Assembly: GCA_014729085.1 (NCBI GenBank) | Contig: WJKM01000004.1 | Location: 68,345-132,344, forward strand | Source: Candidatus Dojkabacteria bacterium | GTDB lineage: Bacteria; Patescibacteriota; Dojkabacteria; B142; WJKM01 | DNA: 64,000 nucleotides | Direction of reading: 5' to 3' | Shown: in pieces, positions 1 to 9,822 of the stretch | Layout of the letters: each line of letters starts with the position of its first letter | How positions within the stretch are numbered: the stretch's first letter is position 1 | Made by a program: the position numbers and the translations under genes | The notes under the pieces: model-generated | Told to the model about the DNA's origin: nothing | Database searches by the model: none | What the model saw: the letters and a program-made list of their open reading frames with translations, nothing else

Positions 1-798
1 TAAAATAAAGACCATAAAGAATAGGAGGAATAACGCTAGAAAGGGTAATGCCAAAACTAAAAATGTTAGTATAGTAATTACCAATTTTAGTAAAAAAGTA
101 ATTAAAATTTCAGTAAAATTTTTAATAAAGTATCTCATGCCCTGATTTATTGAAGCAATGACCGATTGATCTTCTATGATCAACTTTCGTAAAGCAAAGG
201 GTTTAATACAACCTATAAAAATTGAGTACAAACCAAGAACCGCACATAATAAAATAACTATCAAACTTAGGATAATAGGGAAGCTACTTTCATCAAAAGA
301 TATATCACGGTTTGTATAAAAAATACTTATCATGCTTCCAAATATTATTAAAACTACAATAATAATCGGAAGAGCAAGTAGAACATTTTGCCCAAAAACC
401 TTTAACCAGTATTTATTTCCTAGATTCCAACTCTTCTTGAAATTAAGCTTTGAACCGTTAGTTATTTTTTCTGTAGCTTTGACCAATCCACTTTTTGCTT
501 TGTTTTTTATATATATTGAGATTAGTATCCATATAATTAACAAACTAATGCAGATTGCTCCTATAACTATCCACAGTTCCTCTGGAATGGACTTAATACT
601 TTGAACAATTGGGTCTAATTGTTGAGTCGCCTGGTCGAATCCATGTTCGACTTTACCTGGAAAATCAGATGATGAATCAAAGTCATTTCGAAAATTTGAA
701 CCACCACTGAAAAATGCAACAATCATCCCTAACAACCAAAGATATTTATGCTCCCACCAGAGCTTTACTGAATCTTTTAGGTTTTGTATATAATCCAT
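1..798 (-). CDS. hypothetical polytopic membrane protein, 5'-partial in window (the ORF runs off the window start)
   Basis: Reverse-strand reading frame is open from ATG (revcomp of 796-798) down to position 1 with no stop. Translation MDYIQNLKDSVKLWWEHKYLWLLGMIVAFF... contains several hydrophobic TM-like segments. It is absent from the ORF track only because there is no stop inside the window. The + ORF at 332-604 lies antisense to it. Confidence 0.45.
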   Translation of the reverse strand, partial: MDYIQNLKDSVKLWWEHKYLWLLGMIVAFFSGGSNFRNDFDSSSDFPGKVEHGFDQATQQLDPIVQSIKSIPEELWIVIGAICISLLIIWILISIYIKNKAKSGLVKATEKITNGSKLNFKKSWNLGNKYWLKVFGQNVLLALPIIIVVLIIFGSMISIFYTNRDISFDESSFPIILSLIVILLCAVLGLYSIFIGCIKPFALRKLIIEDQSVIASINQGMRYFIKNFTEILITFLLKLVITILTFLVLALPFLALFLLFFMVFIL

Positions 799-832
799 TG
801 AATTATTTTAAAATGTAAGAATATTCCTAAAA

Positions 833-2911
833 TTATAGAATTAAATCTCTTGACTGGAGTAAATAAATATCGCGATCTTTATTGATTGTCCATTCAACAT
901 CCTGAAGAGAATCAAAATTATCTTCTAACTTTGTATACATTGCAAACAATGCTCTTATTTCAACTTCAGATAAATTTATTTTTTCCTTTTTTCCTTCATC
1001 TAAAATTATTTTTTGAAGGAATTTATCTATTATAATCTTTCGGACTTCACCAGTTCCATCAACGACCTCAGATGCATAACCTTTCGTAGCCTCGATAACT
1101 ACCTGATCTCTTGTCTTCGTCTCAATGTTACCTCCAAAAATTACTCCTGAATATTTAGGCTTAATCATTTCTTGAATTACAACTGCCATCCTTATTGTTT
1201 TTATATCTAAACTTTTTGAGATTTGTTTTACATGGCTCGTTTTAGCAGATTTCCATACCTCAATAATTTTTTCTTTAAGCTTATCTTTTTTCACATTTAG
1301 ATAACTATCAAACTGTCCTGCAAAGGCGTTATTTTCATTATCCTCTACGTTAGCACTTGATCTAACTGCATATTTTTTAGCTGAGTCAAGTTCATCCAGC
1401 ATAGATTGGAACTCATCAGATTTAAAAAATTTCTTTTTATTCATTTTGTTTGATTTTATAACAAATCCTTGTGGTACGTTGTATCCAACTTCTATTAATT
1501 GACCAAGTCTAAATGCCTTACCTCCTACCTGTTCCACTGACTCAAGCGAAGCGCTATCAAGCCTGATTATATTTTCATCCTCTTTGATTCCGGTAAAAAT
1601 ACGAATTTTCGATTTTTCAGATGTTATTCTTACGTACTGACCATCCTTAAATTTCTTAGTCCCTACGACAAAGGCTCTATGCCCTGAATCTGTAAGTACT
1701 CTCATAGCATGAGCCGTTGCTGATGTTCCGGGATACAATATATTTAAATTTTCTCTAATTGAAGCCACCGAATTTAAAGTACCATAGTCCCTTGTTTTTA
1801 CAATATTATTAGAGATATATAAGATCTGACTCTTCTTCTTGGTAATTTTTGATATGTCTTCAGGCCCGTCAACTACTAATATCCTTCCCCTAATATTAAT
1901 ATCTATATCATTTTCTTCTTCCAACTCATAATCAATCACTTCGTTAAAAAATAATGATTCACCATCTGAGGAAAATTCAATTCTCTTAGGAAAGTCTGCA
2001 TATTTTGTACATTTATTACATACAAGCGCAGCCTCTAAGATTTCAAAGTCAGATAAAACTTGTTCAAACTGATGATGTATTGGAACTCTTATTTTCTGAT
2101 CTTGAGAGGTCTCTGTAGTACAAATAGCATAAAACTTCTGCGGTATTATCTTGTCTATTATTATCATTCTTTTTATATCAACTGTATATTCATCATAACC
2201 TTCTAAAGATTGAACACCTTCATGATTTCCATATACTGCTAAAACAGTAATGATATTTCCATGAATGTCTTTTGGTACAGCATAACCTCCTCTTGGAAAT
2301 ATCACATTATCCTTTATAGGAAATTTCAGCATTGGGGGATCTGTAAAAGGATAAAAAAAAGCCTCAATTTTACTTTTTGGCTTAAGATGATATTCTTGTT
2401 CAATTGCAAAATCATAAATTCCCTCTAGTGCTTTTAAGGCATCTTTAAATTCCTTAATATCCAGAAATCTAGGACCCGGAGGATTTTCAATCCCCGGAAC
2501 TACGTATGCCCTTCTAAATGCTAGTAGACCGGTTTTCGAGTTAGATAATAAAGATTTTACATTATTTTTTAAAGTTTCTAAAAAACTAGTTGCTAATTTC
2601 CCAGTTTTCTCATAAACTCTGAATTCTTCATCGGTAATAACCCTTGTTTCTTCTGATTTGGCAAATTCGAATTTCAAATCAGGTCTAATAGATTCAAGAA
2701 TTCTAATTCCATCAATACGTGGATTTGATGATTTATATTCGCTTGGCTTTAATATGGACATATGGAATAATGAATTACATCTTTCTGTATTATACAAAAT
2801 GAATAATAAATAGCAAGAATCATATACCTTATATATCTGAAAGATATACCGCCTGGAATTCATTTCTGAAATCAACTTATTTAATTCTATGTTTGAAAGT
2901 AATGAGATCAA
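833..2911 (-). CDS. PEP-utilizing / pyruvate-water-dikinase-like phosphotransferase, domain-permuted
   Basis: The C-terminal ~240 aa match the PPDK_N ATP-binding domain motifs (VGGKAFRLGQL, VPQGFVI, AVRSSANVED..AFAGQFDSYLNV, MAVVIQEM, SGVIFGG, VIEATKGYASEVVDG). Residues ~395-425 resemble the PEP-utilizer His-swivel motif (PGTSATAHAMRVLTDSGHRAFVVGT, compare GGRTSHAAIVAREL-GIPAVVG). The N-terminal ~380 aa are unassigned. An alternative start is the ATG at 2762 (MSILKPSEY...), which would remove the overlap with the divergent gene at 2889. Confidence 0.5.
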   Translation of the reverse strand: MISLLSNIELNKLISEMNSRRYIFQIYKVYDSCYLLFILYNTERCNSLFHMSILKPSEYKSSNPRIDGIRILESIRPDLKFEFAKSEETRVITDEEFRVYEKTGKLATSFLETLKNNVKSLLSNSKTGLLAFRRAYVVPGIENPPGPRFLDIKEFKDALKALEGIYDFAIEQEYHLKPKSKIEAFFYPFTDPPMLKFPIKDNVIFPRGGYAVPKDIHGNIITVLAVYGNHEGVQSLEGYDEYTVDIKRMIIIDKIIPQKFYAICTTETSQDQKIRVPIHHQFEQVLSDFEILEAALVCNKCTKYADFPKRIEFSSDGESLFFNEVIDYELEEENDIDINIRGRILVVDGPEDISKITKKKSQILYISNNIVKTRDYGTLNSVASIRENLNILYPGTSATAHAMRVLTDSGHRAFVVGTKKFKDGQYVRITSEKSKIRIFTGIKEDENIIRLDSASLESVEQVGGKAFRLGQLIEVGYNVPQGFVIKSNKMNKKKFFKSDEFQSMLDELDSAKKYAVRSSANVEDNENNAFAGQFDSYLNVKKDKLKEKIIEVWKSAKTSHVKQISKSLDIKTIRMAVVIQEMIKPKYSGVIFGGNIETKTRDQVVIEATKGYASEVVDGTGEVRKIIIDKFLQKIILDEGKKEKINLSEVEIRALFAMYTKLEDNFDSLQDVEWTINKDRDIYLLQSRDLIL

Positions 2912-3644
2912 CTTAATAATTTCTGGATGGTTGGGAAGCGGATCTACTGTTACTTCACTTATATTAGCCTATCTCCTTCAAAAAAAATTTATTTATGCAG
3001 GTGCAACTTCTAGATTTATCGCACAAAGATTGGGATATGATACTTCTTCAGAGAGTTTTACAAAATATGAAAAAGAATTCGGCGAACAATTTGATTTAAT
3101 TTGGGAAAAATATATTCTTTGGAAAATTCAAGACCAAAAAAATATTTTAGTTAACAGTAAAATTACAGGCTTTTTCATTGACGACCCTGCATGGCTTTTC
3201 AAGGCTTATATAATTTCAGATCTAGAAGTAAGACAAGATAGAGCAGAAAAAGATAATAGAAAAGAAAAGCTCCAAAATCGCGAATCTCAACTTGAATATA
3301 GATGGAAAGAAATATTTAATATTGATTATAAAAATATTGAAGAAATTAGAGAAAACTATGATTTCTTAATAGATAATACCAATCTGACCATTTCCGAAAC
3401 TGTATTCAAAATATATTCAGCTTTAAGAAAGGCGCTTGGTTTGCAAGATATCTTTCTTCTAAGTGATATTCAGAAAATAGAAACGATATTGGAAAAGAAG
3501 GGAAAAATATATTTAATAAATAAACTTAAGGCTAACGAATTATTTATGGACCCTAAATCTATTATTGATGAATGGAAAAACAATTTTGATGAAGTGCTTA
3601 ATCAACTAGATCCTGAATGGGTTAAAATTGTAAACAGCATCTAG
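2889..3644 (+). CDS. P-loop nucleotide/nucleoside kinase-like protein (cytidylate-kinase-like fold)
   Basis: N-terminal glycine-rich P-loop-like segment ISGWLGSGSTVTS in a 251-aa soluble protein. This is weak motif-level evidence only. Confidence 0.35.
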   Translation: MFESNEINLIISGWLGSGSTVTSLILAYLLQKKFIYAGATSRFIAQRLGYDTSSESFTKYEKEFGEQFDLIWEKYILWKIQDQKNILVNSKITGFFIDDPAWLFKAYIISDLEVRQDRAEKDNRKEKLQNRESQLEYRWKEIFNIDYKNIEEIRENYDFLIDNTNLTISETVFKIYSALRKALGLQDIFLLSDIQKIETILEKKGKIYLINKLKANELFMDPKSIIDEWKNNFDEVLNQLDPEWVKIVNSI

Positions 3645-3897
3645 ACCTATAACTAGATAAGTCTTTTTTGTACTTGCTCATATCTTTCTATCCTCGATTT
3701 CTTTTTCTCGCTTTATGTTACAGCCTACTTACTAATATTATAGAAAGTGTTAAGTATCTTTGACATTATATAAACCTTATAGTATAATTTGATATATTTA
3801 TTATTTAACATGTAACATATTTTTGGTATTTTCGTATATATAAATATACGATTATGCACTTATTTTACATTTATCATATTTTTTAAATATTTTAATA

Positions 3898-6800
3898 ATG
3901 TCAAAGAAAAAACTCTTTACAGGAATACTTAGCGTATTTTTTCTAATATTGACAATTCCATTTGGAATTATCCTCATTAAGGCAGCTGGTATTCCTTACC
4001 ATAACACTTATTTTATCAATTCAACACCTCAAGACTACGGCTCTGATCAAGTAAATTGCGCTGAATATACTAATCTCGAATATGTAAGACCTATTTGGAG
4101 TGATGTAGAACCAACTGTTCCAAGACGCAGATTTAGGTACGGACTTCAAATCAACGTCCCAGCTGACGGACAGGGATTCATCGACTATACAGTTGGAGCA
4201 CCATATAGATATCCAGCAGACAGCCCTTGGATACAGTTTACAAATGAAGGACAGTACAGAACCAGAGTAAGAACAGAAGAAAATGTAGATACCTCAGATC
4301 CTGATTACGAAGAAGTAAGTGCATGGAGCTCACCTGTATGCAATATTTATTACGACATTACCTCACCTTTAGTAACTATAACAAACCCTGTTCAATCTCC
4401 AACTAACGCACTAAATAGTGATATTTCGTATGATATTGACAACGAAACTTTAGAATCAATTGAGAGACTCAGAATTAGATTAACTGGAGATATGGACCAT
4501 ACATTATTTAATAGTAATAATACTGATGAATGGGGATTAACAGATCCTGCAAATTTAATTGGAACTTTAAATCTAGATCTTTGTGATTACAACCCAATAA
4601 ATGAAATGTGTAATATTCAAGAAGGAGAATATACCCTAAGAGTCATTGCTCTTGATAAAGCAGGAAATGAAAGGGGACTAGCAACTCAAACCTTAAAAAT
4701 TGATCGGCAAGCTCCACAGGTAACTAGAAATTTTTCAGATTACCCATTGCATTACAACCCAACAACCGGAAATTTTGTCTTTAGATTTACAGCTAACGAT
4801 ACAGGAAGAGGTGAATCAAGAATTACTGGAGCAACAGCTGTCGATTGGAATGACGAAACTACACCTCTAGGTACTATCACATTTGATAGCCCACTTGATT
4901 CACATATTGAAACCTTTGTTTGGGATCCAACAGGACTTGCAGATGGATTCTACACAATTAAACTATGTGCAAGTGATGAAGCTGGAAACAATGGAGAAGT
5001 TGATTACGATGAATGCGAAGTACTAGACATATATATAGATACTACAGCTCCAACTGACCTAAACTGGGGAGATGCTTGGGAGTATGCAGCTAATAATGGA
5101 ATAACTCTATATACAAAACAAGATGACAATATTAGAGTAAATTGGGAATATGCCGGACAGGATGTAGTAAGATATACTTATTACACAAATTATCCAGATT
5201 TCCCACCTTTTGCTGCTGAGACAAGAGAATGTTCAGATCTTCCATTTAAGGAAAGTTCTACTGCAAACTTAACTGATGAATATGGAAACAGCAAATGTAC
5301 TGTTAATGGAAATAGTGTACCTGTTAATCAGTACGAACAATATCTTTCAAGAACTGGAAACCATACTTTTGAAGTGACCGTAAAAGACCTAGCAGGAAAC
5401 GAGAATCCAAATGTATTAAATGGTTTAACCATATATCATGATCCACAAGATCCAATGATTAGTTACCTCTATAGCAATGTGCAGAATAGTACTACGAATG
5501 GAGTATTTGATGTAACAGTAAATTCGGAAGATAATGAAAGTGGAGTAAAACTAATAAATATACAAATAGAATCAATTAGTACAGGTGTAACAGTATTTGA
5601 TCAATCATACGATAATCCGAATGGACATGAAACAGATTATTCACTTACTGAAACAATGGATGTTGCTAATTGGGACGGTCAAATAGATGATGGTTTTTAT
5701 CAACTTTGTACCTATACAGAGGACCATGCAGATGACTTAATATCTGATCATATGTTCTCAGGAGATGGCGATACTGTTGAAAATGAACAAGTAGGTAATC
5801 AAAGCACACAACAATGTTTTGCTTTTTATCTAGATATAACTGGTCCTGAATCTTATGCTGAACTAGTTGAAGGTTATATAGATGAACCTGAAGATGATCA
5901 AGATGTTGGTAGTCTAAGAGTTGAAAACCAGGGATGGTTTAATGTCGATGAATTCTTTATTGACCCAAGAGAAGGTACAAGAGGATTTAACTGGCATGAA
6001 GATTACACTAAATTCCAAATAAGAGTTGACGACTATACAACAGGAGGATCGGTTTACTACAAAATTATTGAAAATATTACTGATCCAGAAGTAGCATGTG
6101 GAGATACAGGATATACAAATACAAACAACGATAAAGTATTGTTTACATGGGACTGGGAATATGCACAGCAACACCCCGAATACCATCTAGTATTTGAACC
6201 AGAATTTATGCGAACTGAAAATATGCATAAATTATGTTACTTCGCTGAAGATGAAGCAGGAAATCGAGAATATAAAACTAATTACGAGATATTCAAAGTA
6301 GATGATACGCCTCCTGATATTTCTGTAACACCAAATGCAGATGACCAAGAGGACAACAACGGGGAAGTAGTATATGTATTCGATGAAAGTCCAGCTCAAT
6401 TTTCAACTGGATTAACAGATCAAGGAGGTAATACAATAGCTGGTGTAAGAAAATTGTATTACGACGTATACTCACTTTACTCTGTAAACGATGAATGCAG
6501 ATATTCACAGAACAAAATAGTTGACTCGGAGACTGTATACCCAGATGACAGGCAGGAACCAAAAGACTGGGCTGCACCAACTAGTGTAAACGACACAGTT
6601 TCTGTTGATTTACAAGAAGGTTATTACTGTATAAAATTTGAATCCAGAGATGATGCTAGAAATAAATCCGAAGTTAGATGGTTCAAATTACTTATTGATC
6701 CGGATGACTTAGCACCAGTAATCACCGCTATGACACCTGAACTTTCATCTACAAGTACAGTAATCAGACCAGGAGATGAATTTGAATTTGATACAACTGA

Positions 6801-8250
6801 TACAGATAGAGGAGATAATGATGTTGTTTCCTTTGAAATAACACCAAGTATTGGAAATGTTTCGGCTAACGGACAGGAAGCTCCAGATAGAACATTTACA
6901 TGGACAGTATCTGATGCTGATCTTGGTACATACTCAAACGTAAGATTTTGTGCAAGAGATGCTAGAGATAATATTGGAATACCACCAGATTCAACAGACA
7001 TTCCAACAGGGGACTATCCTTACAATCAAACTCCTGGAGAAGAATGCTATGTAATATCTGAATTAGAAATTACTGACGACAATGAGGCGCCAATTATTAC
7101 TACTCAGATTAATCAAGCTTTTCAAAACGTACTCAATGGTGACCCTGTTGAAGAAGATGTAAACTATACATTTGTTGTAGACGATTCCACAAGAGGAAAT
7201 AATGACATTGCAAGAGTAACTATTGAATCAACATTTGCAAATCTTAGATTCATCAACGCAGGTGATGCATTGGATTCTCCAACAGAAGAAGTTGCCTGGT
7301 ATGTTCCAGATGGAGCTCTAGAAAACGTAGATCCAGGCACATACTCAATCAGGCTATGTGGAGAAGATGTACTTGGAAATGCTGGAGATGGAAATGATAC
7401 ACAACTTCCAACTGGAGACCCTGACACCGATGTAGAGTGCTTCTTATTTGATATAGTAGTACCAGAAGAGACTCAGTGTACACTGGTTCTTGTCGGTGGT
7501 GAATGGGTATGCGAAGAACAATTGACACGTAGTACCAGATATACACATATGAGAAATCATACACAGAATGATGTTCCTTATGAATGGATAGACCCAAACT
7601 GGAATGATAATTGGATGGATGCATATGTAATAGCGGAAAACAAGGAAGATGGTGAATGGAGATCATGTAACTTTATTCCAGACGGAGGAACAGCACCAAG
7701 TTATTGCTACAATCAGGATTCTGTATACAAATTCTTCAATAAAAACTTTGCTCAAATAATATCGGCTAGACCAAGTGTAAATACAGCAAGTATGACTAGA
7801 GACTTCTTCAGACAGCAATTTAACCTTGTTGAAGGAAAACAAGTAGCAAGTGCAAAACTATATTTTACAGGAGATAATGTAACAAAATTCTGGATAGATG
7901 GAAATCCAATTGCCGCGAATCAAAATGGGAATCTTACAAACGAAGGAGTTTGTGATGGTTCGGCACAAGGTAATGGACATTACGGAGGAAGTATAAATAT
8001 GATAGATGTAACCGATAAACTAAATCAGAATTTATCTACACATCTGATTGCCGGAAACATTTTGAATACAAGACCTTGTGGAAGCAACCATCCTCACGGT
8101 GTTCAGTTCTACCTTTGGATACAATACACTGATGGAACGATTCATCCAGGTTCTACAAATCCTGTGAACCCTGGTGGCGGATATTCAGGTCAACAATATG
8201 TCATCCAGAAAGGATATGGAACTGAATTTGGAACTAATCTTTATCTCTAG
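3898..8250 (+). CDS. giant secreted/surface protein with multiple Ig-like (Big-type) repeat domains, putative adhesin
   Basis: 1450 aa with an N-terminal signal/TM segment (LFTGILSVFFLILTIPFGIILI). At least seven recurrences of an Ig-like domain motif ending in D-x-AGN-x (RVIALDKAGNE, CASDEAGNNGE, TVKDLAGNEN, CYFAEDEAGNRE, ESRDDARNKSE, CARDARDNIG, CGEDVLGNAGDG). Rich in T/D/N/Y. Confidence 0.6.
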   Translation: MSKKKLFTGILSVFFLILTIPFGIILIKAAGIPYHNTYFINSTPQDYGSDQVNCAEYTNLEYVRPIWSDVEPTVPRRRFRYGLQINVPADGQGFIDYTVGAPYRYPADSPWIQFTNEGQYRTRVRTEENVDTSDPDYEEVSAWSSPVCNIYYDITSPLVTITNPVQSPTNALNSDISYDIDNETLESIERLRIRLTGDMDHTLFNSNNTDEWGLTDPANLIGTLNLDLCDYNPINEMCNIQEGEYTLRVIALDKAGNERGLATQTLKIDRQAPQVTRNFSDYPLHYNPTTGNFVFRFTANDTGRGESRITGATAVDWNDETTPLGTITFDSPLDSHIETFVWDPTGLADGFYTIKLCASDEAGNNGEVDYDECEVLDIYIDTTAPTDLNWGDAWEYAANNGITLYTKQDDNIRVNWEYAGQDVVRYTYYTNYPDFPPFAAETRECSDLPFKESSTANLTDEYGNSKCTVNGNSVPVNQYEQYLSRTGNHTFEVTVKDLAGNENPNVLNGLTIYHDPQDPMISYLYSNVQNSTTNGVFDVTVNSEDNESGVKLINIQIESISTGVTVFDQSYDNPNGHETDYSLTETMDVANWDGQIDDGFYQLCTYTEDHADDLISDHMFSGDGDTVENEQVGNQSTQQCFAFYLDITGPESYAELVEGYIDEPEDDQDVGSLRVENQGWFNVDEFFIDPREGTRGFNWHEDYTKFQIRVDDYTTGGSVYYKIIENITDPEVACGDTGYTNTNNDKVLFTWDWEYAQQHPEYHLVFEPEFMRTENMHKLCYFAEDEAGNREYKTNYEIFKVDDTPPDISVTPNADDQEDNNGEVVYVFDESPAQFSTGLTDQGGNTIAGVRKLYYDVYSLYSVNDECRYSQNKIVDSETVYPDDRQEPKDWAAPTSVNDTVSVDLQEGYYCIKFESRDDARNKSEVRWFKLLIDPDDLAPVITAMTPELSSTSTVIRPGDEFEFDTTDTDRGDNDVVSFEITPSIGNVSANGQEAPDRTFTWTVSDADLGTYSNVRFCARDARDNIGIPPDSTDIPTGDYPYNQTPGEECYVISELEITDDNEAPIITTQINQAFQNVLNGDPVEEDVNYTFVVDDSTRGNNDIARVTIESTFANLRFINAGDALDSPTEEVAWYVPDGALENVDPGTYSIRLCGEDVLGNAGDGNDTQLPTGDPDTDVECFLFDIVVPEETQCTLVLVGGEWVCEEQLTRSTRYTHMRNHTQNDVPYEWIDPNWNDNWMDAYVIAENKEDGEWRSCNFIPDGGTAPSYCYNQDSVYKFFNKNFAQIISARPSVNTASMTRDFFRQQFNLVEGKQVASAKLYFTGDNVTKFWIDGNPIAANQNGNLTNEGVCDGSAQGNGHYGGSINMIDVTDKLNQNLSTHLIAGNILNTRPCGSNHPHGVQFYLWIQYTDGTIHPGSTNPVNPGGGYSGQQYVIQKGYGTEFGTNLYL

Positions 8251-8276
8251 ATAAATTATTGTTAGATCCGAAAACT

Positions 8277-8314
8277 AAAAACCCTGCATCAAATAATGAT
8301 GCAGGGTTTTACTA
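8277..8314. terminator. bidirectional Rho-independent terminator between convergent genes
   Basis: Perfect hairpin aaaccctgcatca/aataa/tgatgcagggtttt, flanked by an A-run upstream and a T-run downstream. It lies between the stop of 3898-8250 (+) and the stop of 8343-9095 (-). Confidence 0.5.
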
Positions 8315-8342
8315 TAAAAATACTATCAAGATATTCGAAAAA

Positions 8343-9095
8343 TTAAACACCTAATGATTTTTTGATATATGCAGCAAAACGCTCCATAACAATTTCCGTC
8401 CTTTCATTATTCTTAAGTCCCGGTCTAGATCTAATAAACTGACTCAATTCATGTAGTTTGATAATCAACTCACCCATATATATATCATCTATTTTATTAA
8501 TCAGTTTCGAATAATTTCCCCAATTATAAAGCAATGTACGGTCTTTCAGTAATTTTTTATTTTTAATCTTATTATTCCAATTTTTAGCATCTTGTAATTT
8601 TTGCATGAATTTACTAATAAAATTTAATCTCTTATTAACTTGTTGAACAATATAGTCAACATCTAAAGTACCTGGACAACTAGTAGGCGAATCACTAATT
8701 TCCTTATGTAACCAGGCATTCACACCTCTTTTAAGGGTAAATCCGTGTTTTACGCATAGGTTAACACAAAGTTCAATACTAGTTTCATGACATGTGGTTG
8801 TAGGTTTTTTACGTTTTCCATCTTTTAATTGTCCACCCGCATGTTCAATTCCAATATACCTAATATTTGCAGAAGAATTACCTGCATGCCACGCAATATA
8901 TTCATCTTGTACATATTGATGAACCGCTCCTCTTGAACCGACACCATAATGAGCTGATGCTTTCCTATCTGGATCTTTAAAAGTTCTATCAGCACTGCTT
9001 AACTCGCCAACAATCCAATGAAAAACTATACCTTGTTTAGTTGATTTTGTCTTTGAATAATTATTTGGATCGGCAGGTACTTGTCTAATATTCAT
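8343..9095 (-). CDS. N-acetylmuramoyl-L-alanine amidase (Amidase_2/PGRP family) with C-terminal extension
   Basis: Motifs typical of Amidase_2/T7-lysozyme-like zinc amidases: HWIVGE, ASAHYGV, YIAWHAGN, IGIEHAG, and C..CPG near the domain end. The C-terminal ~100 aa are of unknown function. Confidence 0.7.
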   Translation of the reverse strand: MNIRQVPADPNNYSKTKSTKQGIVFHWIVGELSSADRTFKDPDRKASAHYGVGSRGAVHQYVQDEYIAWHAGNSSANIRYIGIEHAGGQLKDGKRKKPTTTCHETSIELCVNLCVKHGFTLKRGVNAWLHKEISDSPTSCPGTLDVDYIVQQVNKRLNFISKFMQKLQDAKNWNNKIKNKKLLKDRTLLYNWGNYSKLINKIDDIYMGELIIKLHELSQFIRSRPGLKNNERTEIVMERFAAYIKKSLGV

Positions 9096-9222
9096 TATTA
9101 ATTTTGATGGTAATATAAAAAGAATATCAAAATAAATTATTAATATCCAGTATCTTAATAGATAAATTGCCTTATTATTTTAAAAAATAATATAATACTA
9201 AGATTAAAGTTATTAATAAAAA

Positions 9223-9822
9223 ATGTTAAAAACCAAATTGTTAGTTTTAAAAGAAAATTTTGACTTTTATAAATGCATCTCATTTATATTTAATCCTATA
9301 TTTCTTGCATTTACTCTCTTTATTATTCTAGTATCTGAATACAACATAAGAACAAAACATATAGCAATCATCAGTTTCATACAAATTATTATTCCACTCT
9401 CATATTTTTTATACAGCCTAATCAAAAAAAAGATTGATTTTGATCTGACAGAAAGACAAAAAAGATTACCTTTTATGTTAGCGACATTAGGCACCAGTTT
9501 AATTTCTTCATATTTTTTACTTCAATGGAAATACTATAAAATCCTAAATATAACATTTCCTGTTATCATAATAATCGCAATCGCCTTACTAATAACATTT
9601 AAATGGAAAATCAGCCTACATTCCCTTACTAATACTATTTTTTTAATCGTATTAGGAAAATATTTTGATAAATATATCTACTTAGCAATACCTTTTGTAA
9701 TTCCTCTTATTTCAATATCAAGATATAAGCTCAAAAAACATACCATTGCACAATTAATTGCGGGTGTCTTACTAGGTTTTTCATATTTAATAATTAATTA
9801 TTATATCTACTTTAAATCCTAA
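9223..9822 (+). CDS. PAP2-like (type 2 phosphatidic acid phosphatase family) integral membrane protein
   Basis: Six hydrophobic segments. SLHS and SRYKLKKHTIAQ resemble PAP2 motifs 2 and 3 (PSGH, SRxxxxxHxxxD). Its stop overlaps the start of the next gene (TAATG at 9820-9824). Confidence 0.4.
   Translation: MLKTKLLVLKENFDFYKCISFIFNPIFLAFTLFIILVSEYNIRTKHIAIISFIQIIIPLSYFLYSLIKKKIDFDLTERQKRLPFMLATLGTSLISSYFLLQWKYYKILNITFPVIIIIAIALLITFKWKISLHSLTNTIFLIVLGKYFDKYIYLAIPFVIPLISISRYKLKKHTIAQLIAGVLLGFSYLIINYYIYFKS

Noticed and set aside
332-604. 90-aa + strand ORF from the six-frame track
   Set aside because: It lies entirely antisense to a longer, open, membrane-protein reading frame (1-798, minus strand). 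It has a low-complexity hydrophobic composition, typical of a shadow ORF.
5914-7666. Five minus-strand ORFs (87-125 aa) inside the 3898-8250 gene
   Set aside because: They are antisense shadow ORFs within a well-supported 1450-aa coding region. No motifs.
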